From assembly GCA_016196885.1 (NCBI GenBank), contig JACPWU010000003.1, positions 1-32,000 on the forward strand: a DNA stretch of 32,000 bases, written 5' to 3'. This DNA is from Chlamydiota bacterium (GTDB lineage: Bacteria; Auribacterota; JACPWU01). Every line of letters starts with the position of its first letter. Within the stretch, counting starts at the first letter, position 1. Below the pieces are notes generated by a model. It worked only from the letters and a program-made list of their open reading frames with translations, searched no databases and was not told the DNA's origin. Shown here piece after piece: positions 16,385 to 26,900 of this stretch. The position numbers and the translations under genes are program-made.

Positions 16385-17930
16385 ATGAAGATGGTTAATT
16401 CTTTTTTAAAACGTGTGATTTCTTCCATTACTCTCCTGGCCTTTTTGTGTATGGATGAGGGGTCTCTTTTTGCGTCTACGCTTGCACCTCAAACTCATGT
16501 GACTGACGTCCCTTTGCAACTTTCATCTGATATTTTTATCCCCAAAGAATTGGCAAGTGTGGTGGAGAAATATGAGGCTTTGGGGGCTCATCATACTGTG
16601 ATTCTCTTTCAGGATGTTCATGCCCAAAGAGAGGCTCAGAAAAGTTCGGCGGCGACCCTGGATTATTTAGCTCAAAAATATGGATTACGCTTGGTAGGCA
16701 TGGAAGCTGCCTCGGGAGCCGTGGACGTGGCGTCTTTTAGAGATTTTCGGGATAAGAATATTCTAAAGAATGTAACAGAAAAATATCTGGGTCGGGGAGA
16801 GCTTTCAGGGGCTGAGTTTCAGGCGATCAATGGGGCGCAAACCTTTGAGCTTTACGGGATTGAAAATCTTGAAGCCTACCTTAAGAATTATCATGCCTAT
16901 AGAGATTCTTTTGCCTTACGTCAAGAGCTGAAGGAAAAAATTCAGGGCTTAAAAGATTTTCTTTCTCGCATTCAAGAGTATGTTTATTCCTCAAGCGTTC
17001 AGGCCTTTGCCAAGAAATTTCAGGATTATGGAGAGCATAAAATTAATTTGGAAAAATTTATTCCTTTTTTAATGAGCGAGGCCCAAAACGCTGGGGTTCG
17101 TTCAGACTCTTCATCGTTATTAACTTTGTATTTGAAAGTTCTAGACGCTAAAAAGAAAGTAGATTTTAAAGCCCTTCACGACGAAATGGCCCAGCTTCTC
17201 GTTTCCCTGCAAGGTAAGGTAGATGAAGACGAGCTCTCCAAATTCTTAGAACTCACGTTGACTTATCGGCTGAATGAGATCTCGCCTTTAGAATTTTATC
17301 AAACAGTTAAAAGATTGATGGATAACTCACGACTCACGACACACGACTCACAACTGCCTTATCCCAACATTCAGCATTACATGGAATACCTAGAACTGGA
17401 TTTGCAGGTAAATGATTTGCGCCTGTTTGATGAGATTCGGTCTTTGAGTGAAAAAGTTTTGATTGCCAAGTGCCAAACTGATGAAGAAAAGCTTTTGTGT
17501 CGTTATGAGATGTTTGTGAGCATGCTCACACGGGTAGCCGATTTAGCTCTTTCCAAGTCTGAATATGCAACTTATGTTGCCGGTCACGGAAAATTAATTC
17601 CAGAGATGATTCATTTTATTCGCAAAGAGGCGGATGAGTATTTGATGGATCAAAATCTAGAAGCATTGAACTATCCCTTTGAAGAAAAGCTTTCAAAGGT
17701 TGAGACCTATTATCAAGCGGCTTTGGAGAGAGATGAAGAAATGAAAGCGCGTTTGATAGATCGCCTGAAAAATGAAAAGAGCGAAGTGAGTGCCCTTATC
17801 GCCGGAGGTTTTCATACGCAAAGCCTGACTCAGGCGCTTAAAGATGCAGGCTATTCTTATCAGGTGGTGATTCCCACTTTTGATGCAACGAAACCCGATC
17901 ATTATCAAGATGTGATGATGGGGAAAAAGA
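16385..17930 (+). other. N-terminal module paralogous to 1710-3330.
   Basis: See the alignment blocks listed for 1710-3330. By eye, roughly half of the residues are identical across the conserved blocks. Confidence 0.7.
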
Positions 17931-20900
17931 CCCCGTTTGAAAAGTGGCTGTATGACAATGTCATACAGCTAACTCCCCCTACCCCTCTTACTTTAAGAGG
18001 GGAGAAAAACACGGATGTTCATTTCGAAGTGAGCGGGGGAAGAGGCCGCGTCAGCAATCGAAGTTTTCTGACAAAGGGTGCATCTCATGTCACGCGCGAC
18101 GGGCTCTTGATGACACCTTCCATGCTCGTTCGATATGGGGATGAAGAGGTTGATGCTCAAGGATATCTTCGAGAATTGTGTATGCACTTAGAGATGTTGG
18201 CAGGTTTAATCAAAGCCCGTTTCACAGACGAGGGAGAAGCGCTTGATCTAGAACGCTTGAGAAGCGATTTAGCTTTTTCTTCCCCCTCTTCCGAAAGTCT
18301 CGTATTCCCCTCCCTTGATGGGAGGGGTAAGGGGAGGGTGGTCTCAAATCCTCCCCCTAATTTAAGTTCATCCTCTTCTTCCCCCTCTAATTTAAGTTCA
18401 TCCTCTTTTTCCCCCCTTAATTTAAGGGGGGCTAGGGGGGTTATTCACCCTTTAGCTATCCTCGACTTCACTCACCTTAGCCTACGCACAAGTGGAGCAT
18501 CAAGACAAATCCTCGTCCCCATCAGAAATTCTAATCGTGTCCTTGTTCTGGATCCTGCTGGATTTATTGTAGAAGAGAATGGAGATTTTAAGGGGCTGGC
18601 GGTGGAGCTTTTAACGCAATTGAAGTCGCGCATTTTTAGACGAAGATCAGCCGTTTTAGGTCTAGGCCTTTTGGGGCTTATTGCGGTGAATGTGGTTCGA
18701 GCCGAGGGGTTGCCGTCGGCTCCTCCTTCCGGAACAGTGCAAAAGATAGGTGGGGAATCGGAAGGAGCTGCTGATCAACTGGTAAATGAGAGAGCTGATC
18801 TGGCTAAAATTGAGCGAATCCTTCGTGCAACTGGACTGAAACAAAGTGATTATGATTCTGCGATATCCAAGCTTAGGGATTTAGTTAACAATCATTCTGA
18901 AATCATTACTGCTTCAACATTAGATGCTCTTTTAAGCATGCCCCCGGATGTGTTGAAAAAAACTGATTCTCCATATTTCACAGAGTTTTTTAAAAATATC
19001 CTTCAGCGTAGACAAGATTTTGCGAATGAAGCTCTCCTTCAGAAACTTCTCTCCAATTATGATAAAGGTCTGAATGAGAAAAAAGTGGAAGAAGAACCTT
19101 ATTTAGAAGTTGATATTCGGAGCATGTGGGCCTATACGATTCATATTTTAGGGGAGATAAAACCTGATTTGATTGTGGACGGGACGCTGCCCTATTTTAT
19201 GAAATCTATACCGCCCTCTGTTTTAGGGAGTGGTTTTGTTCAGAGACAATTTTATTTCAGTCCTGCTTTTACCCGTCTTACTGAAAATAGGTCCGATGAA
19301 GTTAAATATTCTTTGTCGCTTTCGGCCTACTTATTTTTAACACGGGGAGGCTACCCCTTGAATGAAAACAATATCGAAAAGATGGTTCAATTTTTGATTG
19401 AGAAACGCGAGAGAATGGCTGAGGATGTTGTTCTAGGCCCAGCACACACGGTCATTGGTGTGGTCAACAACACAGTAGGGGCGGGCGCAGAATATGTTAT
19501 AGAAAATCTTGCAGGTTGGGCAAAGGTCCCCCATAACTCAGTTCATTCTTTTCGCGTAAGTCCTTTGTGGTGGGATTTAATTTCAACTAAAATGTGGCTT
19601 GCCAATCAAATTATTAAAAATCAGGGCCCGCTCTTTGTAAATCTTTATTTTCATGGGAATGATCATGAATTGGAGGTGGGTGTTTATGAGGGGCTCTTGG
19701 GTGGCGTGAAAGCCGTCTATTTGACAGACCAGGAATTAGCTGAGGCCTTAAAGGCAAGGGAGAAAAGTGGCAAAAGAGTGGATGAGGTTGTCTTTTTTTT
19801 AAATGCCTGCGAAGGGCGTTTTGGTGCAAATTTAGAAATGGATCTCTCTCGTTTAGGGGTGAAAACATATCCCAAGATATTGCAAGCGGCTCATTATGAC
19901 TCTTTTGCTTCATCGGGTGTTTTTTCTGTTCCCTTTCATGAAATCAGTGTGAAGCATCCAGATATTGATGGTTTGAAAGTCAAATATGTTTATGAGGCAG
20001 CAGAATATGCTTTTCAACAGGGAGAAGATTATTTATTCCTTGTCTCCGTTCCTGAAGCGGATGTTGATAGATTAAAAGCTTCTTTAACGCAAGATCCTGT
20101 CCCTGCGTCCTCTGTTACATTACCCTTTTTCCCTACGGTACCACCGGCTCTTCCTGACGGTGTCATTGAACTAGGTTCTCTGGTTTTACCCTCGGTTAAA
20201 TCCACTCCTACTCAGACGACAAGCCTCGCCTCCAGAATTTCCAGTCCCCTAGGTATGGCCCTTCTTTCTCAACCCCTCATTCTACTTCTAACCACTTTGC
20301 CTGCGGCGGCAAGAGGGCTTGGAGAGGGAATTTTCAAAGATGGAAGTTTTATGACATCTCTTTCGCCTCTGGAGATTTTCCTTTCCTGGTGGCCGCTTGT
20401 TATTTTGGGTGGCTCTATAGGAGCGGTGATGTTTTACCGATATTACCGTCCCCAATTAAAAGAGATTTCTGAACGTGTTGGCAGGTGGAAGAGTCAACTC
20501 ACATTTGGATCGCCATTAGCAGATCTCGGAAAATGTGTCACAGCGGACACCCTGTTGCCAATCTTGAGAAAGCGAGGGGCTATAGGTTTGGATCTGGGAG
20601 AAAAAGAAGAGACTGAACTGTATTATTCAGAAGTCATCCCGATCGTCCAAGTCCGTTCTGGCGATTATGTCTATTCTCTCAATGAAGGCACGGGCCAGGT
20701 TGAGCCTCATCGCATTGTGGGACTCCTCGATATGGGGATTAAGCCCGTGTTTAAGCTTACGACTGAGAGCGGTAGAAGCATCAAGACGACAGCGAATCAT
20801 CCTTATTTAAAGAAGTTAGGGGCTGAGGGCTGGGGGCTGGGGGCAAAAAATAAGTTAGGGGCTGGAAGATCGAATCAGGTAGATACCGCGCGGGATCATT

Positions 20901-23900
20901 TTTTACACTTGAGAGAGCAAACGGAAGTATTCCGCCCGCGAGATACTGGCAACTTTCAGATTGTTCAAGATGATAAAGACGGGAATGGCCTTGTAGCGTG
21001 GAATGACCAGAGGACGAAGTGTGCCTGGCTTTGTATAAATCCTGTGATCCCCTTCTTCTCGGGAGAGCTGAAATCCAGCCCGTTCGAAGACACGGCAGAG
21101 CACTTGATAGGAAATAGGTGTGATTTTAGAATACATGTGGACGCATCAGAGAGCGACCTGACTATGTTCAGTGACGATCAGGGGAGGCGCGATCCATTCT
21201 TTTCTGGAAGAATCTTTCTCTATGAATCCATCTTCACGGAGAATATCCTCAAGGGTGCCCATGCGTTTGCTTTCCTCGAGGAAAAGTCTGACGGCTTCCT
21301 TGCCTCTTTCCCTGGCTTCGTCCACGCTATCCCCGCAACTGGTGACAGAAAGCTCAGGGCAAAAGCTAACGTAGGTCTTCCCCTCTTTAAACACCAGCAA
21401 AGTGAAATCAAGTCTCATCATGGATCCATTGTAGCACACCCTTCTGAGAAAATAAAACGCCAAAGTAGAAGGATCAAGACGACAGCAAATCATCCGTATC
21501 TTAATAAAATGGATCGTGGATCGTGGATTCTGGATTGTGTCTCTACGTATTTTCCATCATCCATCATCCATCATCCATCATCCTTTTCAAAGTGGACCAA
21601 AGTCAGCGCTCTTCAGGTGGGCGATGAGATTGCGGTGTCCAAAGAAAAATTACCTTCTTCGATAAGCGTCCTCTCGAGCGTCAACGCCATCAATGATAAT
21701 TTTTGCGAATTCAATGTAAAAGAGAATGCGATATTTACCGAATTTGGAAGTCACTCAAACATCCTCTGGGACCCCATTGTCTCCATTGAGTCAGTGGGTT
21801 TTGAGCATGTCTACGATATTGAAGTAGAGGGGACGCATAATTTTGTTGGAAATGGAATTTTTGCACATAATACGGCGATATTCGCAACCCCCACCCCACA
21901 GACCCTAAGCCAGGCAACGAGCAATATTGTGGGTGAAAAACTTTTGGATGAATTTGAGAAGTTAAATGGGGATAGGCCTCTTCAAGAAATTTCTATTTCT
22001 GAAAAATCGGGTCAAGTGCTTGAACCGTTAAGACAAGCTTTAGAGGGACATGAGGATGCCAAGTACATGATGGTTCGCATCGATGTTGAACTTTCACAAG
22101 GGGTGGTTAATCATGTCATCGTTATAGATACCGTAGAAAACTTGCGAAGGGATGTTTTGCAGTTGACCCAAGGTTCTCTTGATCTAGCCCGCATTTCTCA
22201 TCACATTTCTGCTGCGAGTGCCAATTCTGCCTCGTCTGCGTCGTCAGACTCGGTCGGCCACGCTCAACATATTGCAAAGTATGCCTCGCATGGCCTCGGT
22301 CGTCTTCCTCGCATCCAAGGCAGACCTGACGCTCTCGCGACGAAATCTGATGAGAAATGCGGGCTAGAAGGTTTTGAGTTTATTCTCAATTACAGCGAGC
22401 ATGGAGCGAGGGAAGAACAAGGTGTTGGAGAAACTTTGGTGTTCTTGCATAACATAACGCTGGGCACGTCTGGACAGTCTCTTCTGCGTGGACGAGGTCT
22501 GATGTCGAGTGTCATTTCTCAGTGGGCACGGTATTTGGCTGAGTCAACGTTGAGTGGTAGACTCACCTTGGCCACCGATGCAAAACATCCAGCCACCATC
22601 TCTTTATTTAAAAAACATTTTCTTGCGCATGCGCCCTCTGATCTTGAGAAAATAAGTTTGAAAGACCGTTTTAAAGTGGATGTTGAATACACCACTGTTC
22701 ATCCCTTGTTTGGAAGTTTACCCATTGGTCTTCGTGACGCGCAACGTCCAGTGAAGATTAAATCGCTGGGAGAAATTAAATTAGTTAATGGGACTTATGA
22801 AGTGGAAATTCCTTCTGGGGTGCTTCCAGAAAATCAGGAGGGAAGGATTGTTACTGAAATCAATGAAACCTTAAGAGATGTTTCTGATTGGCTCAAGCAA
22901 TCCACCCTGTCTCGAATTTCAGGTTTTCGTATGCCTGAAACTTTAGACTTAAGTGTGGCAAGTTTTTTTGAAAGTTTAGCGGGTTCAACACCCGAGCGTG
23001 GAGAACAAAGGGCGGGTCTTATTTTGGCTCGAGAGCTTTTAGCGATTCAAGATCCTCAAGGAAGAAGGCAGTTGATGCGTCTTGCGATTCTTCACGAGTT
23101 AGCTAGCTTGATTTGGCCTTCATTGATATGGCCCGAGCATAGGAGAGGCCGCTCAGGCGATATTTTAATGGAGGTAGATGCGCATTATCTTGCAGACATG
23201 ATGTCCGGTGAGAGTGGTGACGCATCTATTCAAGCGATTCATGGAGTTCTTTCATCCTATGCTGAAGGACAAACGATTGTACGGGACCGTGTCTATGCCT
23301 CAAAAAATCCCATTGATGTGGCGATTTACGATTATTATCAATTTACACAGTTGGTGAGGGAGTTTCGAAGTCAAATCATTTCAAATCAACCTGTTCCAGA
23401 ATTAATCAGTTATGCGCGTTTCATGACCTCACGTCGTAAAGATATGGATGCCAGATCCGTGGTGGACGAGCGGGTAGAGAGAATTAAGACGGGTCAGAAT
23501 CTTTCCTCCGATGATCCCTCTCGAATTAAAGATCGCTTGAATGCACTGGTTCGTGAGCTAGAGTCGGATGATGCATTGGCCTTGTTAGACAGAAAACTTG
23601 AGGTGGGAGATGATGTGGTCAATTTCTATTGGCGGGGGACAGGCGATGAGGAAACGATAGGGTTGAAACAGGCTAATGATGAAATATGGGGATATGGTTT
23701 AACCAATCAATTGATCAGTGTGGTACAGAAAGGTGCTTTGACGCTCATGGAGGAGAGTGGGCTCGTAGAGCTCACCCTAGAGACAGATGATAAAGGTGTG
23801 CTTCATATCAAAAACGGCAGAGACTTGATTCGAAAAAATTATAAATCTACTGTTTTTCGTGTTGCGCAAGATCGCAGGGTTGGAGATTATGAATTGAGAT

Positions 23901-26900
23901 TAGGAAATATACAACTTCAGTTAAACGATGCACTCAATCGCTATGTGCGAGGGGAGGAAACAGCTCTTTTAGGTAAGCCTGATGAAGCGATTGTAAGTCG
24001 CTTCCATCAAAGTGTTCGCGATCCTAAGAAGAAAATTCAAATTGATTTTGGAATAGGGACCGTTCGTGGCGGAGATTTAAGATCCAAGGTGGAAGCCGAC
24101 TCCGAAGCGATTAAAGCCGCGATTATGGCGCATCACAGTGAAGCAAGAAGATTTGATCAGGAGACGTTCGAAGCGGGTATTGAAGAAGCTGTAAAAATTA
24201 AGAATATTTTGATAGAGGCACGGTTTTCTCTTTTTACAGCTTCAGGTGAACTTGATTCAGACACGTTTGATCATTTAAGGAAGTGGGAAAAGTTTGAAAA
24301 ATCTCAGCATGATACTTGGAGTGGAGTTCTTGGTCAATCCTCCATGACGTTGACTGATGTCCAGAGTTCCGTTTCAGAGGGAATGAGCTACCCAGAATTT
24401 CTTGAATCGAGAAACGCATCGGGATTATTGCAAAACCATTTGCTTCGGAAACTTTATCATTATCATTTGGCCAAGCACTTTTTTGAGTGGGTAGGGATTG
24501 TAGATTATATTAAAGAGTGGCAGAGTGATGCATTAAAGGCACAAGAGAGATCTCGACAGGTAAATGACGCTTTGAAGTACATTCAGGAAAATCGCTCTGA
24601 ATATGAAAAGATTATTGGAAAATTATCTGAAGGAGTTCCATCCCTCGAAACCCATGAAGCGTCTTTACGAGAGAGTATGGAAGAAAAGATTCGTTTAGCT
24701 CAAAGCCTTCTTTCCTCCGATCGAAAAATTCCCGGGTGTACCTCCAGAAGAGTTTTTGACGCTCGGGCGTTTAGCCATTCAGAAAAAGGAATGGTTTTTA
24801 TCAATTTGGATGTGAAAGGCATGGGGCGGGAGAACTTTAAGGATTTTCTGAAGCGTGTAGAGAAAATTCATGAACTGATTCAACAGAAGAAATCAAATCC
24901 TTCCCTGACAGAGACAGTCAATGAGCAAATTCTCTCCCAGACATTGATTGCAGGGGATACGGTCACAGAAAATTTTGTTAAAGTTGGGAAAAAGGCAGTG
25001 GGTGTGATAGCAGAGCGATTAAAAGAGAGGCCAGATTTATTGAATCAAATGGGAATTTTCTTAAATTCCGATGGTTCTATTGATGAAGAAAAGACCTTAA
25101 ACTTGGTTGAAGTGGGCGGCGATGAACTGACGTTTGCGATTCCCCAAGAGGCTCTTCAATTGATTGGAGAAGAGGGCCTTTCTCAGATTCAAGTTGAGGC
25201 GGGCACGCGAATGATGGTGAGTCCCGTGGAAAAGGAAAGAGTAGATCGTCGAGACGAGGTTAATTACGGATTGGCAATTGCAAAGCTTGATGAGGGAACA
25301 GCCTTGGCAAAAGAGTTGGAGGCGCTTGGATTTAAGGATTTTTTTGTCCGACGTCTTTTTGATGAGACAACTAAAGAATATTTCTGGAAGGCTTTTTTTA
25401 GAAATGCCGAAGGGAATATTGAAGAACGTGAAATGGGTTGGAGGCCTGACATGGCTCGAGGAGATGTGGGACATGGAATGCTTGCCATGAGACCCTACCA
25501 GATCACACGATTTCAGGAGCATCTTCGATCTCCTCGGACGCCGATGTTTGATGCAGCTCAATATCTTAAAGGGCTTCTCTCTGATTCAGGTTACTCAAGC
25601 TCGGTTGTGTCTCTTTCTTCCGAAGATTTTCGTTCGTTGATGATGGAAATAGAAAATGGAATTTTTCAGGCGGGTTACTTTGTCCCTGGTTTTGATTTTG
25701 GGGATGAAGATAGGCTTAGGCAGTTGAAATCTTTAAAGAGCGAAGTTGTGAGAGTACGGGGCGTGAATAGAAATCTCCCTCCTGAAGGGGTTGAGGTTAA
25801 AAATATAGAAGCTGCCATAGATCAATTGGTGAATGACATTGTCCAACACCCTGAAGTTAACCTGCTTATTATTACCGGTGTTCCCGGTGCTGGGAAAGGC
25901 GTATTTTCAAAAGCATTAAGACAAAGACTTGAATCGACACTACAATCAATAGGCTCAGATAGAACAGTTCAATTAATCGAGCGAGATAAATGTTTTAGTC
26001 CTTCCGGTGGATGGTATCGTGCAGAAGAGGAATATGATCCAGACACGATTTATGATGTGGAAGGACCCGTGTTTGCTGGGGAAATGATAGAAGAGTTTAG
26101 AACTCACATGGTCAATGGGGTTCCTCCGCTTCGAGCTGAACAAATTCGAAGAATTGGCATTTTTGCTCCCATCGATCAAATTCGCGGCCAATTGGCAGAG
26201 CGCGGTCGTACCTTAGAAGTAGACCATACAACGGATGTACAACTTGCGGCCGAACTTGACACCCGTTTCGATTATTGGTACTTCGGCGAGGATTTTTCGA
26301 AATATACTCTCATGGTAGATAATACCAGAGCCTCTGGATCGACAGGCGAAAGTGGACATGAAGGGGGGTCAGGGGCAGAGACCCTGGGTGAGACCCTCTC
26401 GAGAGGTATCCCCACTGAAACCGTGGCCGGCGCGCATCCGGTGAGTACGCCTCAAAACCGAGGAGCGAGTTCCAAACTTAATTTGTCGGCTTCTACCCCC
26501 GCCATTCCTAAAGAGGCGCGTCACGGCAAACCAGGCAAAGAACCTCAAAAAGGTTTTGCCATGATAGAAACCTTTGTTCGGGCTCTTTCGGGTGGAAGCG
26601 CTGTGATGTTTTTTGTTTTTCTAGGCTGCTTTGGTTCTGCGTTATCTGTCTTGGTTGGTGGAAGAAGTAATATGCCTACAAATACCAATATTGAGGATAT
26701 CACCTTTCAAAACCGAGGAGCGAGTTCCAAACGAGGATCTATCAGTCTTGATGAGAGAGGAGGGGTCAGACCCTTAACACGCACAACGACAATCGGACGA
26801 TTGGGTTCACGCTCATGGCTGAATCTGGCCAATGCCATACTCTCTTTGTTATATTCAGGGTTGTCTTCGATTTGGAAGACGATCAATGCCTCATTCGGCA

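Larger units (their letters stand above)
20534..21871 (+). mobile_element. Intein (Hint domain), 446 codons, in frame in giant 2. The mini-intein core carries a 231-codon insertion.
   Basis: Block A is CVTADTLLPIL (Cys1 codon at 20534-20536). Block B is TTANHPYL. Later blocks are WTKVSALQVGDEIAV and VYDIEVEGTHNFVGNGIFAHN, with the final Asn at 21869-21871 and Thr +1 at 21872-21874. Confidence 0.85.

Noticed and set aside
21171-21411. ORFs 21171..21374 (+) and 21220..21411 (-) overlapping hicB.
   Set aside because: These are alternative frames of the hicB region. Neither is the giant 2 frame or the HicB frame, and neither has recognisable motifs.
21422-21493. N-terminal 24-aa extension of HicB in the ORF track (start at 21493).
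   Set aside because: The extension (MICCRLDPSTLAFYFLRRVCYNGS) overlaps the predicted -10 box and direct-repeat copy 2. HicB homology begins at MMRLDF.
25097-25561. A 154-aa minus-strand ORF (and 25264..25488, 25278..25490) inside giant 2.
   Set aside because: These are shadow ORFs over the GGDEF-like region. The composition is junk-like, and there is no promoter, partner gene or flanking repeats.
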